This document shows, piece after piece, positions 17,337 to 27,837 of a DNA stretch of 64,000 nt (within the stretch, counting starts at the first letter, position 1; every line of letters begins with the position of its first letter). Where the stretch lies: positions 7,254 to 71,253 of IMG/VR virus record IMGVR_UViG_3300017965_000002, one strand, 5' to 3'. A program made the position numbers and the translations under genes. The stretch comes from a virus (taxonomy: Duplodnaviria > Caudoviricetes). The notes under the pieces are model-generated. The model was not told the DNA's origin, ran no database searches, and saw only the letters and a list, made by a program, of their open reading frames with translations.

Positions 17337-17602
17337 TGGCCATGATTTATGTGCGTACCAAGCCAGGCCGCAAGGCCTTCTTTGAGGGGAAAGTAATTCC
17401 TCAAGATAAGTTCATCCCAGTTCCAGACAATCCGTATATCCGTCGCCTTGTTGATCACTGGGAAGATCTCGAGGTTGAAGGCGGTCGTGAGGGGAGACCC
17501 GCGCAGCCGAGAAAGAAAGAGCCGATGCAGCCAGTTGGAGGTAAAGTTACACCTTCCAATCCGTTCGCACCGGGTACTGGTTCGCCTGCTCCGAAAGCTT
17601 AA
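17336..17602 (+). CDS. DUF2635-like small protein (Mu gp38-like)
   Basis: IYVRTKPGR...VPDNPYIRRLV..DLE directly before a Mu-like sheath. Confidence 0.65.
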   Translation: MAMIYVRTKPGRKAFFEGKVIPQDKFIPVPDNPYIRRLVDHWEDLEVEGGREGRPAQPRKKEPMQPVGGKVTPSNPFAPGTGSPAPKA

Positions 17603-17649
17603 ACGTCCTTTACCGGACTTCATTCGATTACTCACAAGGAGACTGACTC

Positions 17650-19182
17650 ATGTCAATCGACAGTTTGCGGTCCGGTGCAATCCGGATCTGTTTTGATCCA
17701 AGCCTCAACGCTTATCCCAATCGTTGCCGCATTCTTGTCGAGGGTCAGATGCTCGATAGCGGTACTGCGGAAGACGGTGCTCTTATCAAGATCCCGTCGT
17801 TGAAGGACGTCGATCTTCTGTTCGGCGAAGGCAGTATTATCGCAGAAGGTCTTAAGACCGCTTTTCTGTGTTGCCCAGCCGGAGTAATGGAATTTTACGC
17901 TCTGCCTTGGATGGACGCGACTGTGGGAGCTGGTGCGAAAGCTGCCTACACTGTAACGTTTACTGGAACAGCAGAGAGTGACGGTCGTGTTGACTTGTTC
18001 CTGGTCGACGGACGTTATAATACTTCTGTTCGTGTACACGAAGGTGACACGGCGGATGAAATCGCTTCCAGTGTGGCGTTGGAGCTCAACTCCGAGGCTG
18101 GACTTCCCTTCATTGCTGTTGCGGCAGCTGGTGTTATTACGCTAACAGCGAAGAATGGTGGGACGGTTGGTAATGCCGTCAACATCATCTACAATTGGCA
18201 TCAGCGTCGTGACTATGCTCCTGTCGGTATCGATGTAGTGGTTGCTCAGACTGTGCAGGGCGGCAATGTTGCGATGCCATCATTGCCGGACTATGCAGCG
18301 ATTCTCGGTGAGTGCTGCTATTGCTGCATCGCAATGCTCTATGCCGATGATGATTGGCAGGATGCGATGATCGAGTATATCAAGTCCGCATGGGACTGCT
18401 CGAAGCCGCAATGTTTCGGTCATGGTTATACTTACAACTATGGTACATTCGGTCAGATTATGTCGTCTGATACGAATTCGGCAGAGGTTAGCCGTATCGC
18501 TCACTGTGCTTCTGATCCAGTTGCAGGTTGGCAGAAAGCGGCAGCGTATGCTGCGAAATCTTGTTGCTCGACTATCGACAACCCGGAGATGAATATCCAG
18601 GGACCAAACTTCGGTGTTCTTGGATGTTTGCATCAGCCTGAGTCCTGCTTCCAATGCTTCACGTTTGAAGAGCAGCAGGTTCTGCAGGCTACCGGATTCG
18701 TTGTTACCGTTCCGCTTCAAGGTGGCACGGGCAGCATGACGTCGCCGATGATCGTTAACGACGTGACGAACAATCGTTACGACGAAAACGGTCGTTTCAA
18801 TGCCACATGGTGGAACACGAGCAGCCGCCGCCTCGCAGCGGCAACTGCGGATCAGGCCGCGCTTGTTCTTGGGACTGTGCTTGGACTTGGTTTGTACACT
18901 AAGAACACGACGATCCCTGCGGGCGTGCGTGGTACCAATCCAAAGATGATCCTTGGTGCATTCCGTACCTGGGCCAAATCGCAGATCGGAATCCTGTTCT
19001 CGGAGTTCGAGGATATCGATAAGGACATTAAGTTGTTGACGGACTTTGAGGTCGCTCCCAAATGCCAGGGTATTCCTGGCAAGTTGTGGATTGATTTCAT
19101 TTATCGCCCACCGGTCCGCATCACCAACATCATCATCAACGCCAAACCGTCGTTGCTGACCAACTGCGATCGCCCGTACTAA
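17650..19182 (+). CDS. contractile tail sheath protein (Mu gpL-like)
   Basis: 510 aa; LFGEGS, TLTAKNGGTVGN motifs; followed by tube. Confidence 0.85.
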   Translation: MSIDSLRSGAIRICFDPSLNAYPNRCRILVEGQMLDSGTAEDGALIKIPSLKDVDLLFGEGSIIAEGLKTAFLCCPAGVMEFYALPWMDATVGAGAKAAYTVTFTGTAESDGRVDLFLVDGRYNTSVRVHEGDTADEIASSVALELNSEAGLPFIAVAAAGVITLTAKNGGTVGNAVNIIYNWHQRRDYAPVGIDVVVAQTVQGGNVAMPSLPDYAAILGECCYCCIAMLYADDDWQDAMIEYIKSAWDCSKPQCFGHGYTYNYGTFGQIMSSDTNSAEVSRIAHCASDPVAGWQKAAAYAAKSCCSTIDNPEMNIQGPNFGVLGCLHQPESCFQCFTFEEQQVLQATGFVVTVPLQGGTGSMTSPMIVNDVTNNRYDENGRFNATWWNTSSRRLAAATADQAALVLGTVLGLGLYTKNTTIPAGVRGTNPKMILGAFRTWAKSQIGILFSEFEDIDKDIKLLTDFEVAPKCQGIPGKLWIDFIYRPPVRITNIIINAKPSLLTNCDRPY

Positions 19183-19222
19183 TCAACTGCGCCGAGGCGC
19201 ATAGCTTCAAGGAGTTGTCTAA

Positions 19223-19669
19223 ATGACTTGCGAAAATCAAGTTGGCGTCAAAAACATCCTGCTCTCGTTTCGGGATTGCGACACCGATCAAGTGTACGGT
19301 CCGATCAGCCACGAACTCTCGTCGGAGGATCTGCCAACGTGGCGTCTGTGCGGATTCAACAACGAAGCGTTACCGCATGGCTATGTTAAGCGTCAACCGA
19401 CTAATCCGGAGGTCGAGATCAAAGTGATCCGCGATCTTCGTATCCCTCTCAGTATGTATCAGGGATGCAGTGACGTGAACTTGCAGGTCGAGTATTACAA
19501 TGGTCTTGTATATTCGGCAGCCAAAGGCACGGGCACGGGTGATACTAAATCCGATACACACGAAGTCGAAATGACGATCGTGTTCAAGGAGATCGACGAA
19601 ATGCTGCCGGCGGGTACTCTCGAACCGACACCACAGGTGGTTCAGCCGACATTCGCCGTCGCAGCATAA
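19223..19669 (+). CDS. tail tube protein
   Basis: 148 aa directly after sheath. Confidence 0.75.
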   Translation: MTCENQVGVKNILLSFRDCDTDQVYGPISHELSSEDLPTWRLCGFNNEALPHGYVKRQPTNPEVEIKVIRDLRIPLSMYQGCSDVNLQVEYYNGLVYSAAKGTGTGDTKSDTHEVEMTIVFKEIDEMLPAGTLEPTPQVVQPTFAVAA

Positions 19670-19684
19670 CTCAAGGGAGAGTTT

Positions 19685-20302
19685 ATGCCTAGTGAAAAAC
19701 TGACGCTACCACAACCGTGGCAGCTTCGTGATAAAGTTATTGACGGAGCTGTCATTAATAGGCTTTCATTTCAATCGTTCTCGGATTTTATAACCGAGGC
19801 GCAAACAATGAAGAAGCCGAAAACGCTCGAGGCGCGACTTCGTAGATTGCGCCTCGCTAAGCAAGTGGTCTATTATGTCAATGGTGCGACAACTCCAATC
19901 GAACCAGATGATGTAACAATGATGCCCATTCCTAATGCTCAGATGTTGACGACACATCTGGATGAGGAAGAAGGCGGAGTTGGTAAGATCACTCGTGAGG
20001 GTGATGGAATCTCCACCTCGATTATTTATGAGTTAGGTACTCCTATTCCGGTTGTAGGAAAAGATTCTATTACGGAACTTGAATTCCTTGCTAAGACATA
20101 CGGGGATGTCGAAGACGTTATGTCAGCTAATGATAGTATTACGCAGACAGCATTGTTGATTGCAACAATCGCTAAACCTCCAGGTATGTTGCAACTTCCA
20201 AGTTGGGCTGTGAGTGCTATCACTATCGGGGATGGAATCACAATCGCTAAACTTGTGACTCCACATTTTTTAGGACAGCCGGTCGAGTTGCAGAACGAGT
20301 AG
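19685..20302 (+). CDS. tail assembly chaperone
   Basis: Between tube and tape measure; slippery site near the 3' end. Confidence 0.7.
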   Translation: MPSEKLTLPQPWQLRDKVIDGAVINRLSFQSFSDFITEAQTMKKPKTLEARLRRLRLAKQVVYYVNGATTPIEPDDVTMMPIPNAQMLTTHLDEEEGGVGKITREGDGISTSIIYELGTPIPVVGKDSITELEFLAKTYGDVEDVMSANDSITQTALLIATIAKPPGMLQLPSWAVSAITIGDGITIAKLVTPHFLGQPVELQNE

Positions 20303-20445
20303 AACAATACCGTTATTACTCTGCTTCCGCCGGCGATGTCAGATCTTTAACTATACGCTTGCTAACTCTTCGAATTTCCAATTTTATTAAAGTTCATAAT
20401 CAGGAGATCCGTAACAGGATCGCTTTGGCTGGAGGTAAGGCGTAG
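20266..20445 (+). other. -1 programmed frameshift site and extension of the tail assembly chaperone
   Basis: T TTT TTA heptamer at 20266-20272; -1 frame open for 59 codons to TAG at 20443-20445, overlapping the TMP start. Confidence 0.75.
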
Positions 20446-23018
20446 TGGCTTCTTTTACTGAGAGAGCAACCCTTGAGGTAAAAGATAGATCTACGGCACA
20501 GATCCGTAGAATTAATGCTGAGCTAAAGAAACTTCAGGCTACTTCAAGATCTCTGAAAAGCATTCGAATACAATTCATAGGTATTGCAGCAGCAACAAGA
20601 CAAGTCAATCAGCTTACTCGAGCTGTACAGCGTCTGAAGTCAGTTGCTGGTAAGGCGATTCGTGTCAATGTTAGTGCTGCTGGTCTGGGTCTTGTACAGA
20701 GACAGATCAGCACTCTACGGAATTCAGCTAGACGGCCTGTCAATGTTCGTGTAAATTATACTGGTAATAGACCTCCTATTATTCCACCTGGTGGAGGTGG
20801 AGGTCCTGGTGCTGGTGGCAGAGCGGGGCGTCGTGCTGGCCGCGGGCGAACCTTCTTTGGTACCGCAATGCAGGGTGCTAACGCTGGGTTCGGCGGGGGT
20901 ATGGGTCTAGGTCTCATGGGAGGCCTAGCTGCCGTTAATCCTGCGATGCTGGCTGTGGCTGCCGCAGCTTATCTAGCTGCCGCTGCTCTCCGTAAAATTG
21001 GATCGGAGACACTTAAAGCTGATAAAGCTGATCTCATGATGAGATTAGCAGCGACTAAAAATCAGCAAGATATTATTAATAAAGCGGTTGCTGATTACGC
21101 TACCGAAACTACTCATCCCTTGACAATGACTAGGGCTGAGATGAAAGTATTCATTACGGGAATACTTGGTGACGTTGGAGGAAAAACAGATACTGAAAGA
21201 GCAACGGCTGCCGCGGGCATTGCTCCGAAGATTGTTGATACATTCCTTCCGTTAGCCTACGGTCTCGGTGGTATAGATACGACCCGAGAACAGGCTATGT
21301 CGGGTCTCGTTACAATTGTTAAAGGTCTAAATATTGCATCTGGTGATTTAACAGATGCCCTTGGTAATTTTACTAAAGATGGTCAACGTGTTTTCGAAGG
21401 CATAGCTCTTGCTAAAGCTATGAATCCTAATCTCGAGGCAGAGCGCATTAGAACGGTGCTTGCCAATCTAAAGACGGCGGCATTTACAATGGATTCCACA
21501 GCACTCGCTCGAGTGCTTGCTTCAGGTGGTGATAGAGGAGTACGAGTAGCAAACGAAGCCTATATGGCAATGCGTGCTATGACTGGCATTGTCGATAACA
21601 AGGCTCTGAATAAAGCTCTTCAAAAGATGGATCTACTTACTGGTGGTATTCCTATCACCGATAGCAAAGGTAGACCTTTAAAGGGTGCAAGAGCTGGTAT
21701 CCAGCCTGGATCAGGTACACCGGTTGATTCTGATTTACTTCGTACTGATCCATTTGAATGGATTATGAAGCACGTTCTACCTAGAGCAAAAAAATTAGCA
21801 GAAACAAGTCTTACTAAAAAAGAAACTGCGGCAGCAGAAGCTCGAGCCAGACAAGTTAGAGAGGAGGGTGGAACTGAGGAGGAGGTCGCCGCAGCTCGCG
21901 CTCCGCTTCGTTCTAGGATACAGACAGTATTGGATCAGATGTTCCCTGGTCTAACTGGTCCAGCTAGAACAGCTATTTCCGAGACTATATTTGGGGCAGA
22001 GCAAGCTAAATCAACTACTGCACAAGGTAAAGATGCTTTAAAGAATCTTCGTGAACAAGGTAAAGCAATCTTTGATGCATCTCTTTCCGCAGCATTAAGT
22101 AATATCGGAACAACTCTTTCTGATAAAGCTGCCGATATGGGTAAATCTGCAGCTGATGCTATCGGTTTGACAGATGCGATCAATAAAATAAATGCAGCTC
22201 TTAGAGATCCAAAAGGTAAAGATCGTGAAAAACTATTAACCGATGCTCAACGGGCTTGGGATCTTACCCCAATGGGTTTAGCATCGAAAATTATAATGGC
22301 AGGTGCTGAGTTAATATATAGAGCAGCCGCTTGGATGGCATCATGGATCCCAGGTGCTGGTAAAGAACCTACTAAGAGTGCAACTTGGACTGCTACTAAA
22401 GGAGTTGAAGATCAAGCAAATCTGGATGCAAAAAATCTAGCGGATGAGACGATCCGTGTAATGGGATTAGAGCAAAAGCTGAAGGCAAAAGAAAGAACGT
22501 TACGAGATACTCCAGCAAGACGTACAGCCGAAAGAAAAGCTCTGACTGATGAAATTCAAAAAATAACAGCCGCTATTGAGGAAGGAAAAGCTAACATTGC
22601 GGGTCTGAAAGAATATCTTCAACAGAAAAAGGAAGAAGAAAAGAAACCTGCAGAGGTAAAGCCTGTTATCGATGATGCAGATCGGGATCAATTAGATATA
22701 CCACGCAATAAAGAAGGTCAGCCTATTAAAGTACCGGCCGATATTCAATCAATGATAAATTCAATTGATACTGCACCTAGTAAATTTGACACAGCTTTTG
22801 CTACGCTTCCTACTAAAGGTGGAGAAGGTGGAACTAATTTCTCGAACAATGCGATGACTGCAATTAACTCGGGAGCTCCGGGTGCTGGAACTGTAATAGG
22901 AAACGCAGCAGTTGCGGCAATTAAGGCAGGTGTATCTAATCTTAATATCAATGTCAATGCTAATGTTAAGAGTGGAGATTCTGCTCCTGATACTGGTGCA
23001 AGAACGGCTGTTGGGTAA
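20445..23018 (+). CDS. tape measure protein
   Basis: 857 aa Ala/Gly-rich helical protein with hydrophobic segment; position. Confidence 0.9.
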   Translation: MASFTERATLEVKDRSTAQIRRINAELKKLQATSRSLKSIRIQFIGIAAATRQVNQLTRAVQRLKSVAGKAIRVNVSAAGLGLVQRQISTLRNSARRPVNVRVNYTGNRPPIIPPGGGGGPGAGGRAGRRAGRGRTFFGTAMQGANAGFGGGMGLGLMGGLAAVNPAMLAVAAAAYLAAAALRKIGSETLKADKADLMMRLAATKNQQDIINKAVADYATETTHPLTMTRAEMKVFITGILGDVGGKTDTERATAAAGIAPKIVDTFLPLAYGLGGIDTTREQAMSGLVTIVKGLNIASGDLTDALGNFTKDGQRVFEGIALAKAMNPNLEAERIRTVLANLKTAAFTMDSTALARVLASGGDRGVRVANEAYMAMRAMTGIVDNKALNKALQKMDLLTGGIPITDSKGRPLKGARAGIQPGSGTPVDSDLLRTDPFEWIMKHVLPRAKKLAETSLTKKETAAAEARARQVREEGGTEEEVAAARAPLRSRIQTVLDQMFPGLTGPARTAISETIFGAEQAKSTTAQGKDALKNLREQGKAIFDASLSAALSNIGTTLSDKAADMGKSAADAIGLTDAINKINAALRDPKGKDREKLLTDAQRAWDLTPMGLASKIIMAGAELIYRAAAWMASWIPGAGKEPTKSATWTATKGVEDQANLDAKNLADETIRVMGLEQKLKAKERTLRDTPARRTAERKALTDEIQKITAAIEEGKANIAGLKEYLQQKKEEEKKPAEVKPVIDDADRDQLDIPRNKEGQPIKVPADIQSMINSIDTAPSKFDTAFATLPTKGGEGGTNFSNNAMTAINSGAPGAGTVIGNAAVAAIKAGVSNLNINVNANVKSGDSAPDTGARTAVG

Positions 23019-24217
23019 TGTCCAGAACTAATTGTGCCATTGGTAAAGATTATGTTCCTGCATCTTTTAAGGGTGTGGGTTTCTGGTGTACTGAAGCTAA
23101 TATTGAAGGTGGACGTCGTGGTGCAGAAGGAGAATTTCCATTTGGCGAAGATACTGCGTATGCAGATCTCGGTCGCAAAATAAGGGTCTTCAATCTCAAC
23201 GCGGTATTTCGTGAGGATAATCATGTCGGCGATAGTACGGCGTTGTTTCGTGCCTGTGAAAGTCCACAACCCGGTATCCTTGTTCATCCGACTCGCGGAA
23301 CTCATCTTGTTGCTTGCCGTCAAGTAAAGGTTAGTGATAAATTAGAAGACGCACAGGGCGAGACTACTGCCGAATTAGAATTCGTCGAAGCTAATCCAGT
23401 TGGTACTGGACTCGGTGGATTACTGTTTGGGCTTATCGCAAGTGCTGTTCTTTCTGTTAGTTCTGCGTCGTTCCGAAGAGACTACACTCCACGATTTGTA
23501 TCTCAACCTTGGTCCAGGGATATTGTGACGTCTGCTCAGAAGCTTATTAAGACGACGCATGATGTATTAGTTCAGACTTTTACAACTGAGACCAGTTCGA
23601 CGCAATGGCGTGTGGCGCTCAATATGAAAGCAGTTGCCAGCGACCCCGGTCTGGCTATGGTAGCTGAGAATGTAGATAAGGCTCTTACTTCCGGAGTGAG
23701 TGAGATTACTTATAATCTTCAAGATGATCCAGATGAACAATGGCGGACTTTAAGGAAACTTGCCAACCAAGCTGCAATTGATAGTTCTCTTCCAGTTAGC
23801 GGCGGGGCTGCGGAAGTAGAAAATGCTCTGTACAGCCGATTCCGTGTGCTGACTGGCGTAGCAATGGCTGAAGCCGCAATGGCTCGCAAGTATCCGCATG
23901 TTCAAGCTGCAACGGCAGCAATGGATACTACGTCTGCTGTTCTTGAAGATGAAGCTCAGTCTGCTTACAACATTTGTGATAACGCTTTATTTCTTGAACT
24001 TCAAAAATATATCACCAATTTTAAAGAAATGATGTATGATTTAGCTTATCGTTTACCGGGACTGATCACAGTTGACTTTCAAGGTGGGGTACATCCATTG
24101 GTTGCTGCTTATGTAATCTATAATGATTCGAAACGCCACAGGGATCTTGAGCCGCGAAATGTGATTGACGCTAACGGTCGTTTCGGTCGTATTGTGAGAG
24201 GAATAGCTCCAGTATGA
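23018..24217 (+). CDS. Mu gpN-like DNA circularisation N-terminal domain / distal tail protein
   Basis: PASFKGVGF...GGRR....EFPF....YADLGR. Confidence 0.85.
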   Translation: MSRTNCAIGKDYVPASFKGVGFWCTEANIEGGRRGAEGEFPFGEDTAYADLGRKIRVFNLNAVFREDNHVGDSTALFRACESPQPGILVHPTRGTHLVACRQVKVSDKLEDAQGETTAELEFVEANPVGTGLGGLLFGLIASAVLSVSSASFRRDYTPRFVSQPWSRDIVTSAQKLIKTTHDVLVQTFTTETSSTQWRVALNMKAVASDPGLAMVAENVDKALTSGVSEITYNLQDDPDEQWRTLRKLANQAAIDSSLPVSGGAAEVENALYSRFRVLTGVAMAEAAMARKYPHVQAATAAMDTTSAVLEDEAQSAYNICDNALFLELQKYITNFKEMMYDLAYRLPGLITVDFQGGVHPLVAAYVIYNDSKRHRDLEPRNVIDANGRFGRIVRGIAPV

Positions 24218-25524
24218 AACCCGTTGTTATCACTGTTGGCGGTACCGAACTTACGACGTGGACTGAAATGACTCTCCAGCGTAGTAAGGAAGAATTGACG
24301 GGAAGTTTATCTGTGACTATCTTTGCTGGTGCTATGCCTTCCATTCCTATGGCTCGAGCGGCAGCGGCAGGAGCGGAGATACAAGTTTATATCGGTGGAC
24401 AGCTTGCGTTCTTTGGTAATGTCGATAAACGAAAGGGAACTGGATCAAAGAAGGGTAAGAAGGGAACCGAGGAAAAGAATGATGATCCGCAAGGCGGTTC
24501 GATGTCCTCTAGTATCGGTCCCACCGAATACACTATTAAACTGTCAGCGCGGGGTAAGACTAAACGATTAATAGATAGCAGTCATCAGCATCCGACTACC
24601 AATATGCTAAAGCCCACTACAAAAGAAATTGTTGAGAAACTATGTGAGCCGTTCAAAATACAATGTGAATGGAAAGGTGAAGTAATTAAACTTGATAAGC
24701 AACGCTTTCGTGATGGTGCCCGTGTGGTTGACGAACTTAATCGCGTCGCATGTGAGAATTGTTATTTCATGTATGAGAGTCGGGATGGGAAGCTAGTCGT
24801 AACCGATGGATGCGCAGGTCAGAGTGGCGATCCTCTTATCCTTGGAATGAACATCCTTGAGTTCTCTGCAGAGCAATCTGAAGAAGATCAAAAGTCAGAA
24901 GTCAAAGTTAAAGGTCAGCGTTCTAAGAAAGATAAATGGGGAGAAGAAGCTACGTTGAAAACTCATAAAACGACTAAGAATAAACGGATGAAGTCTTATG
25001 TTCCTTTTACTATTCAACACAACGGGGATGCTGACGAGAAGACTCTAGAGCGCCGTGCGCGGTTTGAGATGAATGCGCGGGCAGCTAAAGCTAAGAAGAT
25101 TAGCATCGAAGTATTCCATGTGATGTCAATGGGTGGTCCGTGGGATATTGGAAATCTACATTATGTCGAAGTTCCTCCAGAAGGAATCTTCGATATGTTC
25201 GAATGCACCGAGTTGACTTATACTGTGAATGCAAAAGATGAACTTAAAACCAGTTTGACATTATCTCCCCCACCGTCTGCTGGAGGTGGAGAAGGATTTG
25301 GACTTAGCAGTATCAATTTTAATACTGGAGGAGCGCGTAAATCGCAAGCAGGCATATCAATGGTAGTAGGGCAATTTCCAGATGCATGGTTGCCACCAGA
25401 TTTGTCAATCTTACCTTTTATGTCTGCTGCTGAATCTCTAGCTCAGCTAGAGAAGGAGAACTCAGAGGATACTTCTTCTCCTCCACCTCTTACGCTTCCT
25501 CAATGGTTTGGAGAAAAAGTATGA
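24214..25524 (+). CDS. baseplate hub (Mu gpP/gp44-like)
   Basis: MKPVVITVGG...W, SARGKT..LID, DG.LVV motifs. Confidence 0.8.
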   Translation: MKPVVITVGGTELTTWTEMTLQRSKEELTGSLSVTIFAGAMPSIPMARAAAAGAEIQVYIGGQLAFFGNVDKRKGTGSKKGKKGTEEKNDDPQGGSMSSSIGPTEYTIKLSARGKTKRLIDSSHQHPTTNMLKPTTKEIVEKLCEPFKIQCEWKGEVIKLDKQRFRDGARVVDELNRVACENCYFMYESRDGKLVVTDGCAGQSGDPLILGMNILEFSAEQSEEDQKSEVKVKGQRSKKDKWGEEATLKTHKTTKNKRMKSYVPFTIQHNGDADEKTLERRARFEMNARAAKAKKISIEVFHVMSMGGPWDIGNLHYVEVPPEGIFDMFECTELTYTVNAKDELKTSLTLSPPPSAGGGEGFGLSSINFNTGGARKSQAGISMVVGQFPDAWLPPDLSILPFMSAAESLAQLEKENSEDTSSPPPLTLPQWFGEKV

Positions 25525-26081
25525 CTAGCTTTACCCGTTATCGGGAACGTTCGAGAGATATAAATGATGGAACTGAACGTCACGTGTGGGGTAAGCAAGA
25601 GTATATCAAAAAGAATGGTTCGATTATTAAAGTACGGGGAACCGATACTGAAGATCAGGAAGCAGCGGTATTGGTGATTGGTGGAGTTAGCTTCAATGTT
25701 AAGGAGAAATTTAACACTGAGGTAATGCTTCTTGCATCATCTTCTGACACCACACTGAAAATGGCATTACTGACTATCCCAAAAGATAAGCAACGGCGGT
25801 GGATGGAAGGCCACGGTGGTGTTCAACATCCTACCGATGATACGTTTGCCCTAGACTTCAGTGACAACCTTGCTCATATTACTAAGAATAAATTTGCAGT
25901 AGGTGAGAAGGGTGAATTCGAAGTTAAAGAAGACAAGGTTTACATCCGCGCCAAGGAAGTTATTATCGAGGGTGAACTGATTGTCAACAAACTTATCAGA
26001 ACACCTGAAGTAGTTCGGGATAAGAAAGTAATTCCGGCTTTCGAAGGCAGTAAGCAGGCTGAAGCTAAGGATCCAGACTAA
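25521..26081 (+). CDS. baseplate central spike (Mu gp45-like)
   Basis: ATGA coupling; position and size. Confidence 0.65.
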   Translation: MTSFTRYRERSRDINDGTERHVWGKQEYIKKNGSIIKVRGTDTEDQEAAVLVIGGVSFNVKEKFNTEVMLLASSSDTTLKMALLTIPKDKQRRWMEGHGGVQHPTDDTFALDFSDNLAHITKNKFAVGEKGEFEVKEDKVYIRAKEVIIEGELIVNKLIRTPEVVRDKKVIPAFEGSKQAEAKDPD

Positions 26082-26617
26082 TGCCTGAAACACGTTGTCT
26101 CCCTGATGATATTGGGCGACGTCGTGTGTTCTGGACGACGCTGGACTCTTGTGGTCGATATGGCTTGTGTGATGCTGAGTGCTCGATACCTGGTCTTCAG
26201 TATGTTAATACACCTGAAGGTCGAACAATCGCTAACGATGATTGGATTCGAAGTCTTGTTTTGAACATTCTTAACACGCGGGCGAGAAGCGATCTTAAAT
26301 GTCCAACTCCCGCGGGTACCTATGGGCATTGGTCAGAATCTTATCGAGATGATGGACTCTATATTGGAACTCGAGTTTACAATGCAGCCGAGAAATCGTA
26401 TCCTCGAATTCTCGATGGAGTCAAAGCAATTGGTGCAGCTATACGCAGCGATGTTGGTAAGTTAATTATTCTTGGAATAGCTGACGATATCGATGTTGAT
26501 GTAGTGTATCGCGGGCGATCTCAAGTTGATGTTACGATTACAGTTATCGCGCGTTCTGTTCGCCGGACAGTAAATCTCTCTGGTATTTATAGCTCCGACA
26601 CATGGATATGGAACTGA
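26081..26617 (+). CDS. baseplate wedge protein (Mu gp46-like)
   Basis: LNTRAR...GHWSESY...GTR motif. Confidence 0.75.
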   Translation: MPETRCLPDDIGRRRVFWTTLDSCGRYGLCDAECSIPGLQYVNTPEGRTIANDDWIRSLVLNILNTRARSDLKCPTPAGTYGHWSESYRDDGLYIGTRVYNAAEKSYPRILDGVKAIGAAIRSDVGKLIILGIADDIDVDVVYRGRSQVDVTITVIARSVRRTVNLSGIYSSDTWIWN

Positions 26618-27837
26618 TGACTTGCGTCATTCCACGACCGGATCCCAAGCAACTGTTCGATCACATCAAGAGTATGTTTTCGTCGACAGTTCTTGGAGGT
26701 GGGCAGGTCATTCCGGAATCAAACGAATGGTATGTCGTTACGAATGATTATGCTGCGGCGGAACAATTCTATGCTATCTCCGATCAAATGTGGAGGGAAC
26801 TTAATCCGGAGACAGCGTGTTGTGATAATCTTTATAAGATGGCAGCGCAGAAAGGAATATTTCCAAGACCTGCTAGTCATTCGGAGGGGTATGCAAAATT
26901 ATCTGGCATAGTTGGATCAGCTGTGCCACCATCCCTTGAGATCCAAACATCGCAGGGTATCTATATTTCAGTTGGTACTATACCTCTTAGTATTCCAGCA
27001 TCCGGTGAGATTATTATTCGTATTCACGCGCTAACGCCTGGTTCTAATATGAACGCAGATGGGACTGTAACTACAGGTACGCTAATAACAGATGCACCCG
27101 GAATCAATTCGGAAGTAGTTATCTGCGGTGGAAGTTTCTGTGGAGGTGCTGAAGCTGAAGATTGTGAAGCCTTTCGTAAACGATATATCGAAAGACTTGC
27201 CTATCAACCTAAGGCGACAATGGCGTGGATCAAGGAGAAATTACTTGAATTTCCATGCGCGACTCGAGTTTGTGTCCGAGAGGGAAGTTGCTGTCGATGC
27301 AACGCAGAATGCACTGAATGCGGCTGCAAGAACTGTGGTAATCGAATGGAATTCTACGTCTTATTCGACGGCGTATTCCCATGCGGCATCCCTCCTCAAA
27401 ACCTTGTTGACGATATTACCAACTGGTTATTTGGCGAGCATCAAGGTTACGGAGAAGGACAAGTAGAGATTGGCGTTTGTGGACAGATCTATGTACCGAT
27501 TCCATTGCCGGTGAATGTCTTTGTTGACATTGAAGGTTGTCCATCGTCGGCGGAGAAGCAATTGATCACGGATCAGATTACGGCGTTGTTTCTGCGTATC
27601 TGTCCTAGTATGCCGTTACTCACTAAACAGTTAGAATTGATTGTAGCAACAATAATCGGAGCCGAGATTAATACTTCAGTACGGTTTGAGATTGTCGGAT
27701 ATGAAGATCAGAAACCTCCATATCCGCGCAATTTAGTGTATGCTGATCATTGTGGACTCGAACCAGAATGCGATGTTTTACCGTGTCTTAATGAAATTAA
27801 ATTCACACAACCAGATGCGAAGAATACGCAATGCTAG
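26617..27837 (+). CDS. baseplate J-like wedge protein (Mu gp47-like), Cys-rich
   Basis: GGAEAEDCEAFRKRYIERL motif; CCRCNAECTECGCKNC cluster. Confidence 0.85.
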   Translation: MTCVIPRPDPKQLFDHIKSMFSSTVLGGGQVIPESNEWYVVTNDYAAAEQFYAISDQMWRELNPETACCDNLYKMAAQKGIFPRPASHSEGYAKLSGIVGSAVPPSLEIQTSQGIYISVGTIPLSIPASGEIIIRIHALTPGSNMNADGTVTTGTLITDAPGINSEVVICGGSFCGGAEAEDCEAFRKRYIERLAYQPKATMAWIKEKLLEFPCATRVCVREGSCCRCNAECTECGCKNCGNRMEFYVLFDGVFPCGIPPQNLVDDITNWLFGEHQGYGEGQVEIGVCGQIYVPIPLPVNVFVDIEGCPSSAEKQLITDQITALFLRICPSMPLLTKQLELIVATIIGAEINTSVRFEIVGYEDQKPPYPRNLVYADHCGLEPECDVLPCLNEIKFTQPDAKNTQC

